Below, in pieces: positions 18,995 through 28,227 of a DNA stretch of 64,000 nt; positions within the stretch are counted from its first letter, which is position 1; each line of letters opens with the position of its first letter. The notes beneath the pieces were generated by a model. That model worked only from the letters and a program-made list of their open reading frames with translations. It did no database searches and was not told the origin of the DNA. Made by a program: the position numbers and the translations under genes. The stretch covers positions 33,452 to 97,451 of the forward strand of contig DASQZW010000251.1 in the NCBI GenBank assembly GCA_035638495.1, given 5' to 3'. This stretch comes from Terriglobales bacterium. Lineage in GTDB: Bacteria > Chloroflexota > Dormibacteria > Dormibacterales > Dormibacteraceae.

Positions 18995-19434
18995 GTGAAG
19001 ATCCGACGTCTGGATGCCGAACGCGATCTGAGTGGCTATCTCGATGTGGTGCACCAGGTCGACCGCTTCACGCGCTCCGCCGAAGAGTGGCGGGAGCGGC
19101 AGCGACTGGCCGGACCGGGCGCATTCCGACGCTACCTGGTCGGCGAGGGGACGGTCGGATCGTCGCCGCGGCCGCGCTCCTCGACAGCCAGACGGCGCCG
19201 AAACGGTCATGGCGACGCGCTCTCCAACGACTTCACGGGCGTGTCGCCGGGGCATCGGGGAGGGGCGTCGCCCGCGCGCTGAAGGTGCTCGTGAGCGAGG
19301 AGCTGGTCGCCCGCGGCACCGGCTGGGTCGAGACCACCGACAACGCGCTGAACGCCCCGATGCTGGCCGTCAACCGCGCGCTCGGCTACCGTCCAGCGGA
19401 AGGTCAGCTCTACCCGCGGCGTGCGCTACGCTGA
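18995..19434 (+). pseudogene. GNAT family N-acetyltransferase disrupted by at least one frameshift
   Basis: The N-terminal part (VKIRRLDAERD...RRYLVGEG) is in one frame. DGRIVAAAALLD...RGVARALKVLV...AVNRALGYRP is in another. Switches sit at G-runs near 19147-19150 and possibly near 19200 and 19257-19265. Confidence 0.7.
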
Positions 19435-19485
19435 CCCCTGGACCTGGTGAGGGATGACGGGCGAGGGCCCGGAGGGAGGTCGTGG

Positions 19486-22400
19486 ATGACCGAAGGCGTT
19501 GATGCGAAGAGGGGCGGACTGCTGGACGACGTCCGCTGGAGGTTGGTCGGACCGTTCCGCGCGGGCAGGGTGGTGGCAGTCGCCGGCGACCCGGGCGAAC
19601 GGCGGACGTTCTACTTCGGTTCGACCGGTGGCGGGGTGTGGAAGACCCAGGACGGCGGACTCTCCTGGCGCAACCTGTCGGACGGGTTCTTCCGCCGCGC
19701 CTCGGTGGGCGCCCTGGCGGTCGCCGCGTCCGACCCGAACGTGCTGTACGCCGGGATGGGCGAGTGCTGCATCCGCTCGAACGTTTCCCACGGCGACGGC
19801 GTGTACCGCTCGACGGACGGCGGAGCCACGTGGACACACCGCGGGCTGGAGGCGACCCGGCACATCGGCCGCGTCCGCGTGCACCCGGCGGACCCGGACC
19901 TGGTCTACGCCGCGGCCCTCGGCCACGCGCACGGGCCCAACGACGAGCGTGGTGTCTACCGCTCGCGCGACGGTGGCGGGACGTGGGACCTGGTCCTGCA
20001 CCGCGGCCCCGACGCCGGCGCGGTCGACCTGGTCATGGACCCGCACAACCCCCGGGTCCTGTACGCCGGCTTCTGGGAGACGCGGCGCCTGCCCTGGCGG
20101 CTGGACAGCGGCGGTCCCGGCAGCGGCCTCTGGCGCACGACCGACGGCGGCGACACCTGGACGGACCTGTCGCGCCGGCCCGGGCTGCCCAAGGGGCGGC
20201 TGGGCAGGATCGGCGTGGCGGCGTCGCCGGCGCGGCGGGGCCGTCTGTGGGCGATCGTGGAGGCCGACGACGGCGCCGTCTTCCGGTCGGACGACGGGGG
20301 CGAGCACTGGGAGCGGCTCTCGGAGCAGCCGGAGCTGCGCCACCGGGCCTGGTACTACCAGCACATCTTCGCCGACCCGCTGGACCCGGAGACCGTCTGG
20401 GCGCTGGACATGGACGTGTGGAGATCCGTCGACGGCGGCCGCGTCTTCGCGAGCGTGCCCGTGCCTCACGGCGACGCGCACGACGTGTGGTTCGACCCGG
20501 CCGACCCGAGCCGGCTGATCCTGGGCAGCGACGGCGGCGCCAACGTCAGCTACGACGGCGGGGCCAACTGGTCTAGCTGCTTCAACCAGCCGACTGCCGA
20601 GCTGTACCACGTGACGACGGACAGCCGCGACCCGTACCGCGTCTACGCGGCCCAGCAGGACAACACCACGATCTCACTGCCCAGCCACTCGGAGCTCGGC
20701 GCGATCACGCAGGTCGATCTCTACGACGTGGGCGGGGGCGAGAGCGGGTACATCGCCGTGCGCCCGGACGACCCGGACGTCGTGTTCGCCGGCAACTACC
20801 TGGGCACGATCACCCGCTACGACCACCGCACGCGCTCGTCGCGGCCGATCAACGTGTGGCCCGAGTCGACGATCGGCGCCGGGGCGGTCGAGGCGCGGTA
20901 CCGCTTCAACTGGACGGCGCCGATCATGCTGTCGCCGCACGACCCGAACGTGCTCTACCAGGGCGGGAACCGCGTCTTCCGCTCCAGCGACGAGGGGCAG
21001 ACCTGGACGGCGATCAGCCCGGACCTGACGCGCGCGGACGCCGAGAAGCTCGCCAGCTCCGGCGGCGACCTCACGGCCGACAACACAGGCGCCGAGTACT
21101 ACTGCACCGTGTTCGCGCTGACGGAGTCGGTGCTGCAGCCGGGCCTCCTGTGGGCCGGGACCGACGACGGGCTCGTCCACGTCACCCGCGACGGCGGCGC
21201 GACGTGGACGAACGTGACTCCTCCCGACATGCCCGAGTGGGCGCTGATCAGCATCGTCGAGGCGTCGCCGCACGACCCCGGGACGGCGTACGTCGCCGCG
21301 GAGCGACACCGGCTTGACGACTTCCGACCGCTGCTGTGGCGCACTCGCGACCACGGCGCCACGTGGGAGCGGCTCGACGGCGGCCTGCCCGAGAACGAGT
21401 TTTGCCGTGTCATCCGGGAGGACACCCGGCGCCGCGATCTGCTCTACTGCGGCACCGAGACCGGCATCCACGTGTCGTTCGATGGCGGCGGGTCGTGGCG
21501 TTCGCTGCGCGGCACCCTGCCGGTCGTGCCGGTCCACGACCTGGTCGTCCAGGGCGACGACCTGGTGGCCGCCACCCACGGCCGCTCGATCTGGATCCTC
21601 GACGACCTCCCGGCCGTGCGCCAGCACCAGGCCGAGCACGAGGGCGCGGACGTCCATCTCTACGAACCGCGGCGAGCGGTCCAGCTCCCTTCGCGGATGG
21701 GCTTCGTCAACGCCCAGGGCGCGTCGCGCGCGTTCCGATACATCGGCGCGGTCGTGATCCCGGCCGACGCCCGGCCGCGTCCGGGCGAGGAGGGGCGGGA
21801 CACGGTGCTGGTCGACGCGGGCGAGAACCGGGCCAGCGGCGTCACGGTGCTGTACGTCCTGCGAGACCCCGGCGAGCACGAGGTCCGGCTGACGTTCCTG
21901 GACGCGGCCGGCGAGGAGATCCGCACGTGCAGCGCCGGACCGGGGGACGAGGGCGAGCAGAAGCCCGAACCCGGCAAGCCGCGCGAGCCCCGGCCGCGGC
22001 GGCGGCCCGGGCTCAACCGCTTCGTGTGGGACATGCGGCACGCGCCGCCTGCCCCGATCCGCATCGATCCGCCCAAGGACGAGGGTCAGGGCTGGGCGCA
22101 GGCGCAGGGCCCGGTCGTCCCGCCCGGCCGATACCAGGTCCGACTCCAGCTCGGAGACGAAAGCAGGACCGCGACCTTCGAGATCGCCAATGACCCGCGC
22201 AACCGGGCCACGCAGGAGGCTCTCGAGGCGCAGTACCGGCACGCGCTGGCGGTCTGGAGGCGGCTGTCCGACGTGAACGAGGCGGTCAACACCATCCGCG
22301 AGCTGAAGCGGCAGGCCGATCATTGGTCCGGCGTGAACGAGGAGATCGCCGCCGCGGCCAGGGAGGTCAAGGAGGCGCTGACGGAGGTCGAGGGCGACCT

Positions 22401-22713
22401 CGTCCAGGTCGACCCCAAGGGAAGCGGCCGGCTCAGCAATCCCGACCGGCTCGACGGCAAGCTCCGCGTGCTGCTCCAGCACGCGAGCTTCCCGGGCCCG
22501 CCGACCCAGGCGTCGGTCGAGCTCGCGGCCGAGCTCGGACGGCAGCTGGAGGGCGTGCTCGGCCGTCTGGACGCGATCCTGGAGGGTCGCGTCCAGGAGT
22601 TCAACGAGCTCGTCCGGCGGGCCGCGGCGCCCGCGCTCGCACCGCGGCCGGCCGCGACGCCGCCGCCGCCCGTCGCGGCGGCCGCCGACACGAACGATCC
22701 CGGTGGTTCCTGA
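19486..22713 (+). CDS. BNR/Asp-box repeat, sortilin/VPS10-like beta-propeller protein (commonly annotated as glycosyl hydrolase-like)
   Basis: About ten S/TxDGGxTW motifs (STDGGATW, SRDGGGTW, TTDGGDTW, SDDGGEHW, and so on). No signal peptide seen. GGAGGGAGG lies upstream of ATG 19486. Confidence 0.8.
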   Translation: MTEGVDAKRGGLLDDVRWRLVGPFRAGRVVAVAGDPGERRTFYFGSTGGGVWKTQDGGLSWRNLSDGFFRRASVGALAVAASDPNVLYAGMGECCIRSNVSHGDGVYRSTDGGATWTHRGLEATRHIGRVRVHPADPDLVYAAALGHAHGPNDERGVYRSRDGGGTWDLVLHRGPDAGAVDLVMDPHNPRVLYAGFWETRRLPWRLDSGGPGSGLWRTTDGGDTWTDLSRRPGLPKGRLGRIGVAASPARRGRLWAIVEADDGAVFRSDDGGEHWERLSEQPELRHRAWYYQHIFADPLDPETVWALDMDVWRSVDGGRVFASVPVPHGDAHDVWFDPADPSRLILGSDGGANVSYDGGANWSSCFNQPTAELYHVTTDSRDPYRVYAAQQDNTTISLPSHSELGAITQVDLYDVGGGESGYIAVRPDDPDVVFAGNYLGTITRYDHRTRSSRPINVWPESTIGAGAVEARYRFNWTAPIMLSPHDPNVLYQGGNRVFRSSDEGQTWTAISPDLTRADAEKLASSGGDLTADNTGAEYYCTVFALTESVLQPGLLWAGTDDGLVHVTRDGGATWTNVTPPDMPEWALISIVEASPHDPGTAYVAAERHRLDDFRPLLWRTRDHGATWERLDGGLPENEFCRVIREDTRRRDLLYCGTETGIHVSFDGGGSWRSLRGTLPVVPVHDLVVQGDDLVAATHGRSIWILDDLPAVRQHQAEHEGADVHLYEPRRAVQLPSRMGFVNAQGASRAFRYIGAVVIPADARPRPGEEGRDTVLVDAGENRASGVTVLYVLRDPGEHEVRLTFLDAAGEEIRTCSAGPGDEGEQKPEPGKPREPRPRRRPGLNRFVWDMRHAPPAPIRIDPPKDEGQGWAQAQGPVVPPGRYQVRLQLGDESRTATFEIANDPRNRATQEALEAQYRHALAVWRRLSDVNEAVNTIRELKRQADHWSGVNEEIAAAAREVKEALTEVEGDLVQVDPKGSGRLSNPDRLDGKLRVLLQHASFPGPPTQASVELAAELGRQLEGVLGRLDAILEGRVQEFNELVRRAAAPALAPRPAATPPPPVAAAADTNDPGGS

Positions 22714-22727
22714 GTGGGAGGTTTGGA

Positions 22728-22862
22728 ATGGGCCTGTTCGAAGAGCAGCCGTGGCTCCTCGTGCCGTTCGTCCTCGTCGTGGTCGTGGGATACGACATCG
22801 TGAAGTGGGGCGTACGTCGGCTGCTCGACCGCGGTGAGCGGTCGCGGGAGCGCGCGTCGTAG
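22728..22862 (+). CDS. 44-aa single-pass membrane microprotein
   Basis: GGGAGG lies 7 nt upstream of the ATG. Hydrophobic core WLLVPFVLVVVVGY followed by a basic tail. The stop abuts the ATG of the next gene. Confidence 0.5.
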   Translation: MGLFEEQPWLLVPFVLVVVVGYDIVKWGVRRLLDRGERSRERAS

Positions 22863-23807
22863 ATGCCGCTGGATCCACAGGCGGAGGCGATCCTCCGCCT
22901 GTTCAAGGACATGGGGTTCCGCGGCTTCGCGGCGCTGGGCGTGGAGCAGGCCCGAGCGCTCTTCGGTGAGGTGGAGCGCCCGCCGGGCGAGTCGGTCGCC
23001 GTGATCGAGGACCGCTCGGTGCCGGGACCGGACGGCGACATCCCGGTGCGCCTGTATCGCCCGGACGTCAGCCCCGCGCCGCCGCTGGTCCTGTACTTCC
23101 ACGGTGGCGGCTGGACCATCGGGAGCATCGAGGGCCACGACCCGGTGTGCCGTGCGCTGGCCAACCGCACGGGATCCGCGGTCCTGTCGGTCGAGTACCG
23201 GCTGGGTCCGGAGCACCGCTTCCCGGCCGCCATCGACGACGCGTGGGCGGCCACCACCTGGGCGGCGTCGCACGCCGCGGATCTGGGCGCCGACCCGGAG
23301 CGCCTGGCGGTGGCCGGCGACAGCGCGGGCGGCAACCTGGCCGCGGTGGTCGCGCTGCAGGCGCGCGACGCCGGCGGGCCCCGGATCGCGTTCCAGTACC
23401 TGATCTATCCGGCGACGGACATGCGCACCCTGGACTGGCCCTCGTACCGCGAGAACGGCGAGGGCTACTTCCTCGAGCTCCGCGACATGGAGTGGTTCTC
23501 GGGCCACTACCTGTCGTCGCAGGCCGACGCCCAGGACTGGCGCGTGTCGCCGGCCGGGGCTGCCAGTCACGCCGGCCTGCCGCCAGCACTGATCCAGACG
23601 GCCGAGTACGACCCGCTGCGCGACCAGGGCGAAGCGTACGGCGAGCTGCTGCGAGCCGCCGGCGTGCCGGTCCGCGTCACGAGATACCCGGGCATGATCC
23701 ACGGCTTCCTGAGCCTGGAGGGCATGAACGCGGCGCAGACGGCGCTGGACGAGGCGGGATCGGAGCTGCGCGCGGCGCTCGGCCTCGAGGAGGCGGCGCC
23801 CGCCTAG
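22863..23807 (+). CDS. Alpha/beta hydrolase, hormone-sensitive-lipase-type esterase
   Basis: HGGGW oxyanion motif, GDSAGG nucleophile, DPLRD and HGF. Confidence 0.85.
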   Translation: MPLDPQAEAILRLFKDMGFRGFAALGVEQARALFGEVERPPGESVAVIEDRSVPGPDGDIPVRLYRPDVSPAPPLVLYFHGGGWTIGSIEGHDPVCRALANRTGSAVLSVEYRLGPEHRFPAAIDDAWAATTWAASHAADLGADPERLAVAGDSAGGNLAAVVALQARDAGGPRIAFQYLIYPATDMRTLDWPSYRENGEGYFLELRDMEWFSGHYLSSQADAQDWRVSPAGAASHAGLPPALIQTAEYDPLRDQGEAYGELLRAAGVPVRVTRYPGMIHGFLSLEGMNAAQTALDEAGSELRAALGLEEAAPA

Positions 23808-23848
23808 ATTCGGAGCCGCCGGCCTCCTGTGCCACAACCCACCGACCT

Positions 23849-23874
23849 ACCCTCCCCCTCACGCGGGGGAGGGT
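23849..23874. repeat. Solo hairpin ACCCTCCCCC-TCACGC-GGGGGAGGGT of the repeat family
   Basis: 10-bp perfect stem between convergent genes (esterase end 23807, helicase end 24106). Followed by a GGGGGAAGGGATG remnant. Confidence 0.8.
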
Positions 23875-24105
23875 GGTTTGTGGGGGAAGGGATGTCAGTC
23901 GTCGCCGCCGCTGCGGCCGGCGCTCACGTGTGCCGCCGGTGATCCCGGCGCCCCGGCAAGCGCGCCCACGAGACCAGCCGTGGCCGCGCGAGCTGGCGGA
24001 GGACCGGCAGCAAAGGGGAACCCCTCCCGACTAGCGTCCCTCTCTCTCTTCGACGGCCACAGCCTAGCCGGGGGGTTCTCGAACGTCAAACGAGAACTAC
24101 GTCTG

Positions 24106-26520
24106 CTACGTGCGCTTGATGACGTCGCGTTCCATGGCCTGCACCGCGCTGCGGATCGCGCCATGGAGGGGGAGCCTGGCCTGACGCAGCGCGAACTCGA
24201 GCTGCCGCAGCATCGAGTACAGGCCCTTCATCGCCTTGATCGCGTCGCCGATGTCGACGTTGGCCGGCAGTGGGATCGTGTCCATCGCCTCACCCGAAGC
24301 CCAGCGGTGCGCGAAGTCGATGTAGTCGTACGACGGCGGGCGCAGGTTGGGTTCGTCCAGGTCCTGCTCCAGGTCTGCGAAGCGGAAGTACAGGGCGCGC
24401 AGGAGCCGCGCCGTCTGGCCCACCGCCGGCGTCGGGTAGCGGCGCACCTGCCGGGGACCGCGGTCCCGACCGCGGTCCTCCGTGGCCAGCATGGCCAGCG
24501 CCGCGCACAGGTCCGCCGGCCCCAGCCCGTCCAGCCAGCCGTTCCACACGGCCTCGGTGACCAGGAGCGTGTTCTCGCCGTAGACCCGAGCCGCCAGCAG
24601 GCCCTTGTCGGTGGGCTTGTCATCCGCGAGGAACCCGGTCTCGGACAGGATCCGGCAGAGCCGGCGCAGCTTGCGCTGGTACTCGTCTGCCTGCTCCCTG
24701 ATCGCGCGCTCGCCGTCACGCAGCTCGCGCTCGAGCGCCCGGCGCTCCCCGTATGCCGCGAGGTGTTCGGTGAACCGGGGGCACTGCACCACCGGGAGCT
24801 TGCGCTGCCGCGCCTGCACCTGCTTGCGCTCCTCCTCCAGCTGGTGGAGCTGCCGCCCAGCCGCTCCGTGGGGCCGGCCCTTGAACCCGCCCCTGCCGCG
24901 GCCGCGGCGCGGCACCGGCACCGCCTCGCGGCGCAGCCGGCGGATCTCGATCCGGATCGCGCGGAGGCGGTCCTCGATCCTGAAGTACTCGCTCACGTCC
25001 TCCGGGCGGCAGCGCGTGCAGTCCCACGTCGCGTCGAGGTCGTGGAGCCGCGCCCGGATGTTCTCGAGCCGGTCGACCGTGTGGTCCGCGGCCAGGCGTT
25101 TCTGGAACTGGCCGAACGACCGCTCCATCAGCTCGTCGGCCTGCTCGGGCGTGTAGAGGCGGAGCAGGTTGAGCGCCATGTTGTAGCTGGGCAGGAACCG
25201 CGACTCGACCACGAGTCCCTCGCCCATCGCGACCTCGTAGATCGTGCCGATCTCGACGTCCGCCTCCTTGAGGATGACGCCGTGGCCAATCGTGTCGATG
25301 CCGCGCCGGCCGGCCCTGCCCATGAGCTGCGTCAGCTCGCCGGTGGTCAGCGTCGCGAAGTTGACGCCGTCGAACTTGGTGAAGGATGACACCACGACGG
25401 CCCTGGCGGGCATGTTGATCCCGAGCGACAGTGTCTCGGTAGCGAACACTACCTTGAGCAGCCCGGCCTGGAAGAGCTCCTCCACCAGCTCCTTGTGGTA
25501 GGGGAGCAGGCCGGCGTGGTGCACCGCCAGGCCACGCCGGAGCATGTCGGCGTCGGCCATCTGCTGGAACAGCGCCGCCTCGTCCGGGTCCGTCAGCGAG
25601 CGCAGGCGCTCGGCGGCCAGCTGATCGATCATGCGCTTCTCGCGGCCCGTCGTCAGGTCGAACTCGTGGAAGGCGCAGCGCTGCAGCGCCTCCCGGCAGC
25701 CCCGCCGCGAGAAGATGAAATAGATCGCGGGAACCATGTCCAGCCGGCGCAGCTCGCCGATGACGCGCAGCATGTCGTTGGACGGCAGGTGGCGGAACCC
25801 ACGCACGCGGAAGCTGGCCTCCTCCTCTTCGGCCGCGCGGGACCACGTCTCCTGGTCGATGCCGCCGTCCGGCGCGAACAGCCTGTGGAAGCGATTGCGC
25901 ATGGCGAGCCAGAGTCGGAGCTCAGTCGGTCGCTCCTCGTGGAAGACGGTGGCGACCGGCCCGCGGTTCTCGGACATCCAGCGCGCCAGCTCCGCGTAGT
26001 TGCCGATGGTGGCGGACAGCCCCACGAGCTTGATGTGGCTGGGCGCCTGGATGATGACCTCCTCCCAGACCGAGCCGCGGGGGAAGTCGTCGATGTAGTG
26101 GACCTCGTCCAGCACGACGTACCCGACCGGGTCGAGGCGGGGCAGGTCCTCGTAGATGACGTTGCGCAGGATCTCGGTCGTCATGACCACGATCGGCGCC
26201 TCGTCGTTGATGGTGTTCTCGCCGGTCACCAGGCCGATGTGCTCCTCGCCGAACTCGCGCTGGAAGTCGCGGTACTTCTGGTTGCTCAGCGCCTTGAGCG
26301 GCGTGGTGTAGATGACCTTGGTGCCCTCGCGCCGCGCCCGGAAGTTGCAGTAGTCGGCCACCACCGTCTTGCCGCTGGAGGTGGGCGCGCTCACGAGGAC
26401 GCCCCGGTGGGTGTCCAGCTTTTCGATCGCCTCGACCTGGAACGCGTCCAGCGGCCAGGGCCGGGTCGCGCGGAACTCGTCCAGGGAGGTGCGGGTCTCG
26501 GTCTCGATGGGAGTGATGCT
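24106..26520 (-). CDS. Ski2/HelY-like DEAD/DEAH-box helicase; start codon unresolved
   Basis: APTSSGKT (Walker A), LDEVHYI (DEVH) and LSATIGN motifs. There is no ATG/GTG/TTG between 26520 and the conserved PLDAFQ motif. The nearest in-frame starts (TTG 26727, ATG 26745) read through the repeat element. Confidence 0.85.
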   Translation of the reverse strand, partial: SITPIETETRTSLDEFRATRPWPLDAFQVEAIEKLDTHRGVLVSAPTSSGKTVVADYCNFRARREGTKVIYTTPLKALSNQKYRDFQREFGEEHIGLVTGENTINDEAPIVVMTTEILRNVIYEDLPRLDPVGYVVLDEVHYIDDFPRGSVWEEVIIQAPSHIKLVGLSATIGNYAELARWMSENRGPVATVFHEERPTELRLWLAMRNRFHRLFAPDGGIDQETWSRAAEEEEASFRVRGFRHLPSNDMLRVIGELRRLDMVPAIYFIFSRRGCREALQRCAFHEFDLTTGREKRMIDQLAAERLRSLTDPDEAALFQQMADADMLRRGLAVHHAGLLPYHKELVEELFQAGLLKVVFATETLSLGINMPARAVVVSSFTKFDGVNFATLTTGELTQLMGRAGRRGIDTIGHGVILKEADVEIGTIYEVAMGEGLVVESRFLPSYNMALNLLRLYTPEQADELMERSFGQFQKRLAADHTVDRLENIRARLHDLDATWDCTRCRPEDVSEYFRIEDRLRAIRIEIRRLRREAVPVPRRGRGRGGFKGRPHGAAGRQLHQLEEERKQVQARQRKLPVVQCPRFTEHLAAYGERRALERELRDGERAIREQADEYQRKLRRLCRILSETGFLADDKPTDKGLLAARVYGENTLLVTEAVWNGWLDGLGPADLCAALAMLATEDRGRDRGPRQVRRYPTPAVGQTARLLRALYFRFADLEQDLDEPNLRPPSYDYIDFAHRWASGEAMDTIPLPANVDIGDAIKAMKGLYSMLRQLEFALRQARLPLHGAIRSAVQAMERDVIKRT

Positions 26521-26545
26521 ACAAGGGCGCGCGCACGGGCCTGAC

Positions 26546-26713
26546 AGGTCCCTCCCCCTTCGCGGGGGAGGTGGGTCCCCGAAGGGACCCGGAGGGGGGT
26601 CGCTCGGAGAACCGAATCGGTGCGCCGAGTAAGGAGCGGGGTCTTGTCTTGGCGACCCCCCCCACCGGCCGCTGGGGCGGCCACCTCCCCCGCGACGGGG
26701 GAGGGACTCTGTG
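26546..26713 (+). repeat. Full-length structured GC-rich element, copy R3 (diverged)
   Basis: Same hairpin order as R1/R2 with different loops and covarying stems (GGGTCCC-CGAA-GGGACCC; GGCCGC-TGGG-GCGGCC). Fills the divergent helicase / CoA-transferase spacer. Confidence 0.9.
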
Positions 26714-26746
26714 GGGCGGGTCCCCAAGCGTACGCTAACGGGCATC

Positions 26747-27946
26747 GTGGGCCAGGACGAGTCGAACCCCGCCCCCCAGCCGCTGGCCGGCATCAGGGTG
26801 CTCGACCTCACGCACGCGCTCGCCGGACCGTACTGCACGATGCTGCTCGGCGACCTCGGGGCGGACGTGATCAAGGTGGAGGCCCCGGGCGACGGCGATC
26901 ACGCGCGCCGCTGGGGCCCGCCATTCGTCAACGGCGAGTCGAGCTACTTCCTCTCGGTCAACCGGAACAAGCGCAGCGTGGCCCTGGACCTGAAGCACGA
27001 GGCGGGCCTCCAGGCGGCGGTGGACCTGGCGCTCGCCAGTGACGTCCTGGTCGAGAACTTCCGTCCCGGGACTGCCGCCCGGCTCGGGCTCGGCTGGGAC
27101 GCGCTTCACGAGCGCCGGCCGCAGCTCGTGTACGCCTCGATCAGTGGATTCGGGCAGGGCCGGCCTCAGCTGGCCGGATATGACCAGATCGCCCAGGGCA
27201 CGTCCGGCCTGATGAGCATCACCGGCGAGCCCAAGGGCCAGCCGGTCAAGAGCGGCGTCCCGGTCGGGGACATCGTGGCCGGCATGTTCGCCGCCCACGC
27301 GATCCTGGCCGCCCTCGTGGAGCGGGCGACGTCGGGTTCCGGCCGGTACATCGACGTCGCGCTGAACGACAGCCTCCTGGCCATCCTCACATACCAGGCC
27401 GGGCGCTACTTCGCCACGGGGGCGCCGCCCGGCCGGGACGGCAACCACCACCCGACCGTCGCGCCGTACGGCACGTTCGCGACCAGGGACGGTCACGTGA
27501 ACCTGGCGGTCGGCTCGGACGAGCAGTACCGGCGTTTTTGCGAGACGCTGCAGGCGCCGGAGCTCGCCGGCGACCCGCGCTTCGCGACAAACGCCGACCG
27601 GCAGACGGCTCGGGCCGAGCTCGTGATCGAGATCGAGCGCCGGTTGACGCGGCGCACCACGGGCGAGTGGCTCGCGCGGATGGAGGCGGCGGGCATCCCG
27701 GCCGGCCCCATCCTCGACCTGGCAACCGCGTTCTCCGACCCCGTCGCGGTCGGGCGGGACATGCACGTCGAGGTCGAGCACCCGGTGGCGGGGCGGATCG
27801 GCCAGGTCGGAGCGCCATGGAAGCTGGATGGCCGGTCGGCTCCGATCCGGACGCCGCCACCGCTGCTGGGCCAGCACACGGCGGAGGTGCTGACCGACGT
27901 GCTGGGCTACACAGCGGACCAAATCGGGGCCGTCCGGCCGGACTGA
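26747..27946 (+). CDS. Family III CoA-transferase (CaiB/BaiF type)
   Basis: PLAGIRVLDLTHALAGPYCTMLLGDLGADVIKVE N-terminus. Start at GTG 26747, with an alternative at GTG 26711. Confidence 0.85.
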   Translation: MGQDESNPAPQPLAGIRVLDLTHALAGPYCTMLLGDLGADVIKVEAPGDGDHARRWGPPFVNGESSYFLSVNRNKRSVALDLKHEAGLQAAVDLALASDVLVENFRPGTAARLGLGWDALHERRPQLVYASISGFGQGRPQLAGYDQIAQGTSGLMSITGEPKGQPVKSGVPVGDIVAGMFAAHAILAALVERATSGSGRYIDVALNDSLLAILTYQAGRYFATGAPPGRDGNHHPTVAPYGTFATRDGHVNLAVGSDEQYRRFCETLQAPELAGDPRFATNADRQTARAELVIEIERRLTRRTTGEWLARMEAAGIPAGPILDLATAFSDPVAVGRDMHVEVEHPVAGRIGQVGAPWKLDGRSAPIRTPPPLLGQHTAEVLTDVLGYTADQIGAVRPD

Positions 27947-28139
27947 CGCCGCGCGGCGCTTGACGCGCGCCCCTGCTGCATGCATGCTGCGCCGCGAGGG
28001 GCGGGAACGGCCGGGCCGTACCACGCCCGGGGTCGTCCCCCGGGTTGGTCCGCACTAACCAATAGATGACGTCGAGGTGGTTAGATTGAGTTGGCGGCTC
28101 ATGGCCGGAGAGGCCCGATGGCCCAACCAATTCCGGACT

Positions 28140-28168
28140 TTGACGTTCCGAGCCCCGAGATCCATAAT
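28140..28168 (+). promoter_or_regulatory. Sigma-70-like promoter TTGACG-N17-CATAAT for ABC operon 1
   Basis: Near-consensus hexamers, 60 nt upstream of GTG 28228. The paralogous operon has the same hexamers at 32299-32328. Confidence 0.55.
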
Positions 28169-28227
28169 CCGGCGATCTCCGGCCGCACGCCAGCCGGGAT
28201 GAGAGCGCGAATGGAGGGGAAGCGTAG

